Under the pieces are notes generated by a model. The model had not been told where the DNA came from and searched no databases. It saw nothing but the letters and a program-made list of their open reading frames with translations. Source: Heteronotia binoei (lineage: Eukaryota). From it: a stretch of DNA of 64,000 bases. The stretch covers positions 50,902,001 to 50,966,000 of the forward strand of contig NC_083228.1 of the NCBI RefSeq assembly GCF_032191835.1, written 5' to 3'. Position numbers and translations under genes: made by a program. Below are positions 13,392 through 25,082 of this stretch, in pieces. Within the stretch, counting starts at the first letter, position 1. Each line of letters opens with the position of its first letter.

Positions 13392-13658
13392 GAGAGCCAG
13401 TTTGGTGTAGTGGTTAAGTGCACGTACTCTTATCTGGGAGAACCGGGTTTGATTCCCCACTCCTCCACTTGCACCTGCTAGCATGGCCTTGGGTCAGCCA
13501 TAGCTCTGGCAGAGGCTGTCCTTGAAAGGGCAGCTGCTGTGAGAGTCGTCTCCAGCCCCACCCACCTCACAGGGTGTCTGGGAGAAAGGTAAAGGAGATT
13601 GTGAGCCGCTCTGAGACTCTTCGGAGTGGAGGGTGGGATATAAATCCAATATCTTCTT
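13392..13658 (+). mobile_element. tRNA-derived SINE (Squam3/MIR-like)
   Basis: A-box tggtgtagtgg, B-box ggtttgattcc, L2-like tail gggtgggatataaat; repeated at 31865 and 33944. Confidence 0.85.
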
Positions 13659-14499
13659 TAAGGGGAGGCAGGCAGCTCAAGAGTGGTCCACATGCTTGAT
13701 GGGTGCTGAAGGGAGTGACTAGATAGTATCTGAGGGAAGGGCAAAGCCATGAGAGAACTAGAAGTCTCCCTGCCTGGGGAAATAATCTCTTTAAGCCATG
13801 TGTGTGCTTCAGTTATGAGGTTTTGCAGCTCTCCCAGTGGTCTTAGTGACAACATATTCATATGCCCAAAGAAAGTAAAAAACGCCCGTTTGCCTCAAGT
13901 TCTCTTTCTTGGTTACACTTGTGTAAAGCTTGCAAATTTTAATGGGTGTTAAGTGTGTGGTTCAGAGTTAAGGGATAGCTGCAGCCTTTTGACCCTTATA
14001 CCTCATTTCTTGCCCTTCCCAACCCTAGAATTTTGCCACACCATACCTACTACCTGCATTGCTTCTACCCACCCCCCACTACTACTCATTCTCTGTCCCT
14101 GTTTGCTCTACTTTTAACCAGTTTTCCCTCACTCTTATTAGTGTGGGGAACACAGTGGCTTGGAGTCTGTCATAAATTGCAAGTAACAGAAGATGAGGAG
14201 AAAATTTTCACCAGTGCAGTTCACCAGTTCACCCTGTGATGTTTCTGAGGGTCATCTGTCCCTAAGGAGCAGCACCTTGGGCTGCAGCAGGAGGGGGAGT
14301 CGAAGAGTGTGCCTGCCAACTTAGCTTTTCATTTTTCTCTCCTTCCCTACCCCTGGCAGTCTTTCCCTGGGAAAAGTTTGATAGATTTGTTCATTGGCTA
14401 CCAGCACAGGGCCGAGCCAGTTGCATAATGGCCTTCACCTCTGGCCTTCACCCAGTTGTGCAATGGCTGCCAGTGGCAGGGCAAGCCAGGCCTAGTTAC

Positions 14500-15007
14500 T
14501 TGGGTTGCCAATTCCCAGGTGGGGGCAGGGGATCCCCCAATTTGGAGACCCTCCTCCCGCTTCAGGGTCGTCAGAAAGCAGGGGGAGGGGAAGGAAATGT
14601 CTGCTGGGAACTCTATTATTCCCTATGGAGATCTATTCCCATAGAAAATCATGGAGAATTGATCCGCGGGTATCTGGGGCTCTGGGGGGACTGTTCTTTG
14701 GGGTAGAGGCACCAAATTTTCAGTATAGCTTCTAGTGCCTCTCCCCAAAATACCCCCCAAGTTTCAAAATGATTGGACCAGGGGGTCCAATTCTCTGAGC
14801 CCCAAAAGAAGGTGCCCCTATCCTTCATTATTTCCTATGGAAGGAAGGAATTGAAAAGGTGTGCCGTCCCTTTAAATGTGATGGCCAGAACTCCCTTTGG
14901 AGTTCAATTATGCTTGTCACAGCCTTGATCTTGGCTCCACCCCTAATATCTCCTGGCTCCACCCCCAAAGTCCCCAGATATTTCTTGAATTGAACTTGGC
15001 AACCCTA
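14500..15007. mobile_element. hAT-type non-autonomous element (TAGGGTTGCC family)
   Basis: TIR t(a/t)gggttgccaa ... ttggcaacccta; TSD ctagttac/ttagttac. Confidence 0.85.
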
Positions 15008-15029
15008 TTAGTTACATGGTAAAAAGTTA

Positions 15030-15543
15030 CATTGGAAAAAGTCCAGAAAAGGGCAACTAGAATGATTAAAGGGTTGGAACACTTTCCCTATGAAGAAAGG
15101 TTAAAACACTTGGGGCTCTTTAGCTTGGAGAAACGTCAACTGCGGGGTGACATGATAGAGGTTTACAAGATAATGCATGGGATAGAGAAAGTAGAGAAAG
15201 AAGTACTTTTCTCCCTTTCTCACAATGCAAGAACTCATGGGCATTCGATAAAATTGCTGAGCGGTCAGGTTAAAACGGATAAAAGGAAGTACTTCTTCAC
15301 CCAAAGGGTGATTAACATGTGGGATTCACTGCCACAGGAGGTGGTGGCGGTTACAAGCATAGCCAACTTCAAGAGGGGGTTAGATAAAAATATGGAGCAG
15401 AGGTTTATCAGTGGCTATTAGCCACAGTGTGTGTGTATATATATATACATATATAATTTTTGGGGGGGCCACTGTGTGACACAGCGTGTTGGACTGGATG
15501 GGCCATTGGCCTGATCCAACATGGCTTCTCTTATGTTCTTATG
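15030..15543 (+). mobile_element. CR1 LINE, 5'-truncated (ORF2 C-terminus and 3' UTR)
   Basis: LEKVQKRATRMIKGLEH...LGLFSLEKRQLRGDMIEVYKI...FFTQRVINMWDSLPQEVV; cttatgttcttat tail. Confidence 0.92.
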
Positions 15544-15544
15544 G

Positions 15545-16025
15545 TAGAGTTGCCAATCCCCAGGTGGGGGCAGGGGATCCCCTGGTTTGGAGACCCTCCT
15601 CCTGCTTCAGGGTCATCAGAAAGCAAGGGGGGAAATGTTTGCTGGGCACTCCATTATTCCCTATGGAGACAATTCCCACAGAGTATAATGGCGAATTGAT
15701 CCACAGGTATCTGGGGCTCGCGGGGGGGGGGGGCATTTGCAGCATAGCATCCAGTGCCTCTCCTCAAAATTCTATCCAGGTTTCAAAAAGATTGGACCAG
15801 GGGTCCAATTCTATGAGCCCCAAAAGAAGGTGCCCCTATCCTTCATTATTTCCAATGGAGGGAAGGCATTTAAAAGGTGTGCAGTCCCTTTAAATGGGAT
15901 GGCCAGAACTCCCTTTGGAGTTCAATTATGCTTGTCAAAACCTTGCTTCTGGCTCCACCCCCAATGTTTCCTGGCTCCATCTCCAAAGTCCCCAGATATT
16001 TCTTGAATTGGACTTGGCAACCCTA
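15545..16025. mobile_element. hAT-type non-autonomous element (TAGGGTTGCC family)
   Basis: tagagttgccaa ... ttggcaacccta; collinear with 14500..15007; reconstructed TSD ttacatgg/ttatatgg. Confidence 0.85.
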
Positions 16026-16732
16026 TTATATGGTGACAGTTGCTACCACTGGGCTAAGTGGTGTAGTAGCTGCTGCTTCCTGGCCTGCTCACTTCTCTCC
16101 CTTTCAGCCACTAACCAGCCTACTTTCATCTGTGCCCCTCTATTCAGCTTTCCTTTCTTCCATACTCCTGGCAATCTCTATCCAGGAAAAAATGTAGCTA
16201 GGCTGTGTGATAGCTAGGTTCAGACTTGGCCACACAATGGCTACTGAGCCCAGTCATGCAGTGGGCACTAGTGGGCCAGGCTGGGTTGAATTGTGCAGTG
16301 GCTGCACCTGCCAGGCCAGGACAAATTGTGTGGGTAGCCAGTTTCTGGTGGCTACCACTGGATCTGTCCCAGTTGAATTGTCCTCTACAGGGGATATGAC
16401 AGTAGAGGAGGGGTGGGATTTTTCCTGGGCTGGCTCCCCCACCCTTGCTTTCTTTACAAAATCCAAGGCTTGGAAAGCTCAGAAATATTGTTATAGTTGC
16501 CCAGCAACTCATAACAGTCAGAATTCAGTGGGTATTCTTTTCTTAAAGGTACATTCATGGTTTCTATTATTCTGTTTCTGTTATTTGCAGGCATTGATTC
16601 TATTATTTTGGTGAGTTTTAATCCCCCTGTTGTTATTTTTAGATGTCAGATTTTTCTTTCAGGTTCATAGGGAAGTCTGCTTGGTATGTTCCTAGTTCGA
16701 TTTTGTGGCCATGTCAATCATATCCTCTATGT

Positions 16733-17029
16733 CAGGGGTGGCCAAACTGTGACTTGGGAGCCAAATGTGACTATGCCACACATATTGTGTGGCTCTTGAA
16801 GCCCCATCACCCTGTTGTCCAGCTTGGAGAAGGCATTTGTCTCTTCAAATCACTTTTCCAAGAATGCATTTAAAGTTAAAGTTGCTTTCTTCTGTTTACT
16901 CTCCTCCTCCCCATCTATTTCCTTCCTTCCTCCCTCCTCTCAAACATCTGACGTTCATGTCTTGCGGCTCTCAAACACCTGACATTTATTCTATGCGGCT
17001 CTTACATTAAGCAAGTTTGGTCAGCCCTG
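16733..17029. mobile_element. hAT-type MITE (CAGGGGTGGCCAAAC family)
   Basis: TIRs; TSD ctctatgt/ctctatgg; sister copies at 25815 and 43071. Confidence 0.8.
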
Positions 17030-17699
17030 CTCTATGGCATGGTTTGTAAATAGATATTTTGACAAGTGGGGACTCTCAAGGACTTGCAGGCTGGGCTGCC
17101 AAGACAGGGGGGACTTAGGGGACAAAATTTGGAGTTCATCATCATACTGCGTTCATGGAATGCATTTTTAAAAATTCTGATGCAGTTTTGACTGCGACCA
17201 CTAGGGGTGCAGGGAAGACAAAGAGCAATAAAAGTGCTCAAAATTCTGCTGCCTTGGACCTTTTATCAAGTTTCCTAGCAGGCTGAGGGAAACTGCTTGC
17301 TGATCAGATCCCATTCAACCCACCAGCCAAGCCAGCACTGGAGAAAAGCTAGACCAGCCAGGACAAACTAAAGTCCTTGCCAGGATGAAGCCTCCTAACA
17401 AGGTCATTATCTCTATCAGACTATGGCTTGTTTTTTCCCTTAGTTACACCCAGCTTCTTTCTTCAGGTTTGTAGCCAGAACTTGCAAAAGGGCAGCCCTG
17501 TTAGTATGTGTTAGCAAAATATAAAAATCTCCCATTGTCTTTTCCTATGTTTCTCTAACTCTTTCCCACACTTTCCTCTTCCTTCATTTTGGTCTGTTCC
17601 TTTCATGATCTGCCATTCATCTATTCCCACTTCTGATTTCTCTCTCTGCAAAATGGCTTACATCAGTCTCTGCTCTTCCATTTTATCCTCACAAAAAAC

Positions 17700-18205
17700 C
17701 CTTTGAGGTGCAGGACACCAAGCACAGCCCTAAGCAGCCAATGGAGCTCATTCTCATGGATTTGCTAGAGGGTCTGGGAGCCCGTGGCAATCTCATTCTC
17801 ATGGACAAGCTGTATGGCCACAACAAGCTCCTTGCAAAAAACCTGGCCATTTGCCTGTCTCCTGAAAACAAGATGTTTGAGGAGGAAATGAAGCTACTTC
17901 AGGAAGGGAAGCTGGCAATAACCCATATGTTCAGTGGCATAAAGACTGTACCATTCCTCCAAATCTGCCACCTCACTGTGAGGATGAAGAACAATGTAAA
18001 GTGGGAACTGACCCCTGAGATTATAGCCCACATTTCCTCAAAAACGTCATATACTGTGAAACTGCCAGATGAGCCCATTACCCAGTGTGGTGAATACTGG
18101 TGTGAAGTCACAGTCAACGGCCTGGACACCATCTGAGTCCCCATGTTGGTGGTGAAATTCATGCTGTCCAAGATGAAATGCTACAAGCACTGGCTGGCCA
18201 AGTAA
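17700..18205 (+). pseudogene. MRPL9: Processed pseudogene of mitochondrial ribosomal protein L9
   Basis: DTKHSPKQPMELIL...SPENK...QEGKL...MKNNVKWELTPEI...[27 protein letters not shown]...YKHWLA matches MRPL9; intronless, premature TGA at 18134-18136, local indels, N-terminus missing. Confidence 0.9.
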
Positions 18206-18624
18206 GAGGCCCTGCATGCATCTGCCACCTCTCTGTGATACCGGATACCCTCTTCAGCCACAAGGAGGTTCATGGATGGGGAAACTCTTGAGCACAGAAA
18301 TGCTCTGCTCAAAGCCATCGTTTTTCACAACTCCTGGAGTGGAGCCCGTCATCTCCGGGAATCTGGACAGCAAGCCTAGAACATTTGTGGAGGCATTGGA
18401 AGGTAGTGGGGAGTGTTCGGAGGGCAGCATGTGTGAGTGAAGGGGTGAGACTCCCTTCTCTCTGCTGAGTGAATTTTCCTCTCTTGGGTGGGATTATCAG
18501 GGTAGCTCTGGATAAGGTCATTAAACCAGTTCAAATCTTTCCTAAAGAAAAGGAGAAATCTAGAGCAGTTGCGAATCATAATAAAACATTTCTGCCACCC
18601 CCCCACCACCAAAAAAAGACCCCA

Positions 18625-19335
18625 AAACCCCTGTGAGGTAGGTTAGGTTATGTGATGGGTCCAAGGTCACCCAACAAGCTTCCATGGCAGAGTAGGGATT
18701 TTAACCTGGGTTTCCAGATCCTAGTCTAGGCTTGCCAGCCCCCAGGTCCCAGTGGGGGATCCCTCAGTTTTGCAGACTCCTCCCCACCACTACCCACCCC
18801 AACAGCCACAATGTACCTTTTGATCTTCAGAAGCCTGCAAACTGTTTGTATTTTTGAATGTGTGTGTGCCTTTAAATCTCAGCAAAACTCAAGCTGTTGG
18901 GGGGGGGGGAGCAGGCAGGGCCACATGGCTCTTAAATGGAGGAAAGCTCCACCCCCTAGACCTCTTTCTTCTTATTTACTTTCATTTCCTGTGTTAGTCT
19001 GACAAGTTGGCTGAAATACAGCAGATTGTTACATTCAGCAACTCCTGTGAGTAAAGTGATCTATACCATTGCCCCAAGGAGATCACAAAAATGTGGGCTT
19101 GCAAACTGTTTATTTTGGCTGCTCTGTGTGTGTGTGTGTTCACTTTCATTTTGTAGAAGTGCAGCTGGAGGAGGAAATGAAGACTGTATTTAGGGGAACT
19201 GCACCACTGTATTTCTATTTATTTTATTTTAAGGAATGGGAAAGTCTCCAGGCTCCACCCCAAAGTCCCCAGATATTTCCTGAGATGGACCTGGCAACCC
19301 TATCCTAGTCCAACACTTTAACCACTACACATTTA
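18625..19335 (-). mobile_element. Older MIR/Squam3-like SINE split by a MITE
   Basis: ccctgtgaggtagg...ggtttccagatcctagtc resumes as tcctagtccaacactttaaccactacac after the insert. Confidence 0.6.
18727..19302. mobile_element. hAT-type non-autonomous element (TAGGGTTGCC family)
   Basis: taggcttgcc ... ctggcaacccta; perfect 8-bp TSD tcctagtc. Confidence 0.85.
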
Positions 19336-19688
19336 GCTTCCTTTACAAATAGTATATTGGGAGGTGGTGTCTGGAGATAACGTGGTCCAAGATATTCCAA
19401 TTCCTTTCATCTTGGGCCCTAGAATTCCCATGATCATCCTGAAGCTGGTGGCCAATTTTGAGACTCCTAGTTTTATTTTCTGATGAGTTATGCCTGCCAC
19501 AAATTGTGTGTGTTTTTAAGATTTCAGACTTTTCTCCAATCCTGGGACTTTCTTCAGGTTTGTAGCAAAATTTGCCCTGGTCTGTCCCTATCTCCATTTT
19601 GCTGCTCTTTCAACCATATTCTCTGTGCCATGGTTTGGAAACAGATATATTGATACTAGCTAAAAATGTCAAGTTTAGTAGGACAGAC

Positions 19689-19824
19689 CAGGGGTGGCCA
19701 TCGGTAGCTCTCCAGATGTTTTTTGCCTACAACTCCCATCAGCCCCAGCCATTGGCCATGCTGGCTGGGGCTGATGGGAGTTGTAGGCAAAAAACATCTG
19801 GAGAGCTACCGCTGGCCACCCATG
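19689..19824. mobile_element. Near-perfect palindromic MITE
   Basis: Whole element is an inverted repeat; flanks ggacagac/ggatagag. Confidence 0.8.
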
Positions 19825-21325
19825 GGATAGAGAGAAAGAAAATTGAAAACTACCAGCTCAACTACTTGTGGTCATTAAATGGCAGGATGGTGGTTTTTTC
19901 CCTATAGAATTGAGTGATGATGTTGCCATACACAGAAAGGGCAGTCTAACTGAAACACAGTAGTTGATAGCCATTCATCATAGGGAAGAAGGACGTGTAT
20001 TCAGGGGACATCATTGGAATGGCAGCTGACCCTCCCCTCCAGGTCAAATGATTCCCAAATAAACATTTCCCAGATAAAAGGCTTTGTCCTAAACTTGATC
20101 CTATAGATTTTTCTCTTGAAGATTGTACTTGCTAATTTTTGACTTCTGTCAGCAGTCCAAATTATGTAACATTGTCATGCCAAACAGCTTGCAGAAGGAC
20201 ACAGTTCACATTTTTCAGGCCTGCAGGCAAGCACCACCAAACCTCTGTCAAGCTAGAAGTGTAATTTCCATATAATTGCCAAGTGATTCAATAATGCTGG
20301 GTTTCAGGTTATATTTTTGCCATTTTCATTTTCAGAAAAGCTGTACTAACTGAAAAAATAACCCAAATTACAGTGATGCAATAAAACTGAGCGCAATTCC
20401 CCTTACAACAAAACATACCAAAAGATTTTTTAAAGGATCTGGTATGCTGGAAGCTACTAAAAAAAACATAATTTATAACCGGTATGATATTTCAGTAATA
20501 TTTCTTCTCCATGTGTTTCAGCTTCAGTCTTGCTTGTAATGTTTGCTTGAAGGAATGATGTAGAGGCTGAACATTCTTCTCTCTCTTGACATCTAGTCAA
20601 TTTGAAGCTGCTTTACTGATTTGCATTTTACTAGTAGCCCTTCCTCTTTAGGGGGCATTCCAGACATTTCATGTTACCTGTAGCTATTCTCTTAAAATTA
20701 ACTCATTCTGAATAGCCCATACATAGCAAGCAATTAGAGTTTTCCCTGCCAGTTCTTCATGGGTCATCATCATTAGCACCTGATATTACAATGTTAATGT
20801 TAATTTTAGTCACTGGACCATTTGCTAAATCAGAATGCTGTTTTTCTTATAATGCAATATCTTTAAATTCCCCTCACCTGTTTTTGTCAGTGGCACGCAA
20901 AACAGCATTGATATCATTGATACATCATAGTGAAAGCTGAAAAGAGCTCAAAATTCAGCTGGGCATCAGTTCTGACATATAACAAATTACAGGATGAAAA
21001 GCCCAATAGAAAAGTCTAATGTGTTTGTACAATGATTTTTTCAGACCTAGAAACTAAGAACTTAAATTTCATACCATACAAAATTCTATTTTTAAAGGTC
21101 TTTTTTAAAATAAATAAGGCTTCTTGGACTGCTTAGACTTCTAGTCATTAATGAGGGCAGTTTGGGGACTCGGTGGCATTCACATGGCTTATTATGGCCA
21201 GGGGAGTATAGGCTGGAAGGAACCACATTGTGGCCTTGATTAAAAATAGCTCAGAAAAAGTGGTGTGCGTGGTTTGGTGTTTCTTTCTTGTCTCCACTCT
21301 TCTCAGTATTATAGTAATAAAGACC

Positions 21326-21650
21326 TATCTGGGTAGCCGTGTTGGTTTGAAGCAACAGAACAAAGTTAGAGCCCAGCAGCACCTTGAAGACCAGCAGAGT
21401 TTTATTCAAGGTGTGAGCTTTCGTGTGCACACACACTTCATCAGACAGAATAGAATGAGACTTACCAGTCCATAATATAAGGCAAAGGTCAAGCAGCAAA
21501 TTGGTATGCAAACATACAATATAATGAAATGTTTTAACAGATGCAAACAAGAATAACAAGGTAAGTTTATAAAGGCATCAAAGTGTATGTGCACACGAAA
21601 GCTCACATCCTGAATAAAACGTTGTTGGTCTCTAAGGAGCCGCTGGACTT
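21326..21650. mobile_element. Short Penelope-derived element with inverted terminal arms
   Basis: accttgaagaccagcagagttttattcaaggtgtgagctttcgtgtgcac is mirrored by gtgcacacgaaagctcacatcctgaataaaacgttgttggtctctaagg; same termini as the Penelope relic at 55967/62636. Confidence 0.7.
21412..21447 (-). ncRNA. Minimal type-I hammerhead ribozyme motif (Penelope-associated)
   Basis: Minus strand UGU-CUGAUGA-A-GUGUG(UGUG)CACAC-GAAA-GC-UC-ACA: both core boxes, 5-bp stem II, 3-bp stem I, palindromic AGCU stem III. Confidence 0.7.
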
Positions 21651-22752
21651 TTATAGTAACAAAGTTACTGCAGAACTGGCTAGAAAAAAAGCCTAGCTAT
21701 TACAAGGTAGACTTTTGTTGGACTGATTCAGACTTACAACCAAAACAGAAAGCTTGTAACTTTTTACAGTTTTTGACAGGAACAGCACACAGACTTTACA
21801 CCACAGAGCAGATAGTATTGCCCCTTTATAACTGTTTTTGACAGGAGCAGCACCCAAACCCGACCTATCTTCAAAATACCTAAAGTCCCTAACAGACTCC
21901 CTGCCTAACCAGGAAACCTCCTGACCCCAAACCCAGCAACACTCAACTGTCAGTTGGTCAGCAGTTAACTATCAGACGCCTCTTTTTTCTTCCTTTTCAA
22001 CAAAACACACCAAATCTGTCATTTGAAAGAAACTGGCTGAGGCTCCTAGAGGGTGGAACTTGAATTCGTCCATCACAGTTTGCCATGACTTTCTTGTGAT
22101 AGCAATCGTCTTCATTTGTAATTTGCAAGAGAAAAAAGATGAGAAAGATCTGTAGTTGAAATGGTTGTTTGAAAAGCCCAGATGCCAGGTGGACTTTAAA
22201 ACAAGCTTCATCTTTTTTATCTCTGCTCACAGCGTGTTAACTAGCAATGGTGTTGTGTTTTCCCCTCTTCAAAAGAGCAAATCCACATTGTTAAATCACA
22301 CTAGTGGTTTGCTTAGAGATGATTGTGGGCCCCCTTCAGAGTGAGTAAATTATGCACCTGTTCAATTTTTGTGAAACCCTACATAGCTTCCCTCTTTGAA
22401 TGACCCTTGGGCATGTTCCTATCTTTTAATTTTGTACTTTCCTTTGTCACCAATAGGACTAATAGAGTGGGCACAAAATTTGAGTTATTATTGAAGCACA
22501 AGTTTTAGAATCAAAAGATGTAGCTACACTTTTTGGCTGAACTACAAATGTCATAAGCTATAAATGTAAACTACAAAATGCTCTGAGATTATTACTGTTA
22601 TTACTCCTTTGTACAATGCTTTTCTCTCTACAAAATGCCTTACAATTATCTCACTTATTGCAAGACTTTATATCAGAACAAAATGTTATAAAATTAATGG
22701 TATAAGATTAATTTTATTATACAAATTCTGTTATCTTGGTATCACATTGCAG

Positions 22753-22883
22753 GGATCTTGCAAGCCAAATCCTCCTCAAAAACCTTTGCCAGCTGATCCA
22801 CAGAACAAAGCCACTCGGCTGAACAGTGTTTCCAGAACAGTGCTTGGGCTTCCAAAACCTGTGCCTCTGATTGCTCCAGTCAG
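22753..22883 (+). CDS. ADAM12: ADAM12 penultimate exon (GSCKPNPPQKPLPADPQNKATRL...LIAPVR)
   Basis: ttgcag/gttagt sites, 131 bp, phase 0 to 2; matches human GTCKPNPPQKPLPADP. Confidence 0.95.
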
Positions 22884-23676
22884 GTTAGTTTGGTCATCCA
22901 GCTGTATGCTTCAAAAATGCTTCTTTGGAACATTGTGAAATAGAGCTGGCTTCGTCAGTGGAAGGGTGTTGCTTCTTTCCCACAATGATAACATTCATCT
23001 AACTATGAATGAATATTCAGGCAAGGCCATTGGGCCAGCATGCACCCCTAGATATGGATTTCTTCTGACCCCTACCTCAAAAGATCCAGAACCAACCCCA
23101 GATCCTGTGAAAACATGGTTCTGTTAGCATAAGTAGGCTAATAAACTGTGATCTCTGTATGCATCAGATATTTTCCTCACATATATATCACCCCATTCCT
23201 CTGAAAAGGTAAAGGCAATGTGTATAATCCCTCCCCCTATTTTATCTTATTGTTGTATGTAGGTTAGGCTAAGCAACAGTGACTAAACAAGTTTCAGTGG
23301 TGTGTTAGCTTTAGGAACTTGAATCAGCCTTTTGGTGCTCATCCATATCAGTGTCTTAAGCCAAAGCCATCCTAAGGGCAAGAAGATTCTTGTTGTATCA
23401 GACCAACCAAAATCTTTATTAAATCCTAAAAAAATAATGTCACTATCTGATTTATCTTTAAACATTTTTATTTCTGTATAGTAAACACAAGTTCAAGCAA
23501 AGATAAATAGGCACCATTCTGCCAGAATCAGTGGACCTAAATGTCCCTTTTCCATACAACCACCCCTTCCAGCAGAAAGTTAATTCTGTGGTTTCTGAGA
23601 TAGTTCAATTAATGTTTTTAATTAATGTTAATATTGTTTGGAAATATTCTCTTAACCTCCTTTTCCCCCCCTCTAG

Positions 23677-23737
23677 GCCTGCACCTAAACATCCACTTCC
23701 TGTGCCGAGATCCTGCAATGCTGCCTATAGGAAATGA
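23677..23737 (+). CDS. ADAM12: ADAM12 last coding exon (PAPKHPLPVPRSCNAAYRK*)
   Basis: Polypyrimidine tract plus tag acceptor; matches human PAPQYPHQVPRSTHTAYIK. Confidence 0.93.
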
Positions 23738-23881
23738 CAGAGCATAATTTCTATCCTGAAAAGTGAAGACATAAATTTGCACTATTTTCAATTCTCGTTG
23801 GAGATCAATATTTTTATATCAATAGGTAGAATTTTTAATGTTCAACCCCCATTATTTTTAAAAACTCTGAGCTACTGCCTT

Positions 23882-23889
23882 TGGTGCTA
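23882..23889 (+). promoter_or_regulatory. miR-29 8mer target site TGGTGCTA
   Basis: Exact seed match 145 nt after the stop; ADAM12 is a reported miR-29 target in mammals; 7mer-A1 GGTGCTA also at 24801-24807. Confidence 0.6.
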
Positions 23890-24062
23890 TTGTTGTGTGA
23901 AGGTGGTCTGCGTCCTTGCTCAGGTACTTGTAAATTATTAATTTATATTGAATATTTATTACAGTGCAGAGCACTGTAGTAGATATTGTTTCACCATAGC
24001 TGGGTTTTCCTTGGAAGGAAGCCATTTTTGTGATTTATAAGCAACCTTGAACCATCCATTTT

Positions 24063-24069
24063 AGATTTC
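24063..24069 (+). promoter_or_regulatory. miR-200b/c/429 7mer-m8 site CAGTATT
   Basis: Exact seed match; short motif that could be chance. Confidence 0.4.
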
Positions 24070-25082
24070 TCAATAGGCTGTACAGATGCCTCAAAGTTTG
24101 TTTAGTTTGAATCTGTTATTTACAGTATTCTGATTAGGGCTGCAATGAAAATTTGCTGAAATCAAGAGACTGCTGGAATTTCAAAAGTTAATGGCTGATA
24201 TTTTGATTCTGGAATCCAAAGGCAAGATATGAATTTATGAAGAACTTTGGTGGAATCTGAAGTAAACCTGTTCAGATTATTTAAAGTCTAATATGTGTGA
24301 CTTTGATAACAGGCGTTGTCTAGAAAGATACATTTCTGAGTTTAGGGACTACAGCATATGTAATGCTTTGTGCATTAAATTCAGATACTACAGTCTGGAA
24401 TCAGATAACGCTTCTTCAGCAATATATAGTGTACATTTTATCGTTGCTTGCTGAAAATAAGTGATAACCGGTCAAATCTTGTGCAATAGCAAAGTGCCTA
24501 GGAATGGGTATTAGGGTTTCTTCACCAGCAAAATACTACAATAGGCAACCATACTTAAGTCCAGCATATATGATGTTTCAGGAAAGCACAGTTCCTCCAA
24601 CATGGTACAGTGGTGACTAATAGGTCATTTGTTCTGCACTACCAGAAGTCTAGAAGAGGTGGAGCTATTAGAAACATCATAAAGGAATGTCAGAGCCATA
24701 GAAGCCATTTATCAATCTCAACAAGGGCTCAAAAATGGGACCAAGGTGGCCCTATTTTCCTTGCAGCGATAGTGGAGTAACCGTGACAGTAGAAGCCCAA
24801 GGTGCTACAAGTCCATATTTTCCTTGACTGCTTCATAAAGCAGTAACTACTGCATTTGCTTCTATGTGATTTGTCAGCCTACATTTAAGCAGTGGTTACA
24901 CTGGAACTATATAACCTGTTGTGAAATGTGGGGATAAGCAACAACTGCTTTGAGGGAAATACCGCAAAATGTAATGCATGTAAAAGCCTTCAGGTGCCTC
25001 TATGTACCATCTACCTCTATCATCAATTACTAGAATGATGATTATAACAGGAAAGTATTGAATGAGTTTTGAGGCTTGAATG

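Noticed and set aside
13392-13470. tRNA gene
   Set aside because: The A and B boxes belong to a SINE head; there is no cloverleaf and the sequence continues into SINE body and tail.
16198-16614. 135-aa and 104-aa overlapping ORFs
   Set aside because: No homology recognised and no exon signals; intronic, next to a TE cluster.
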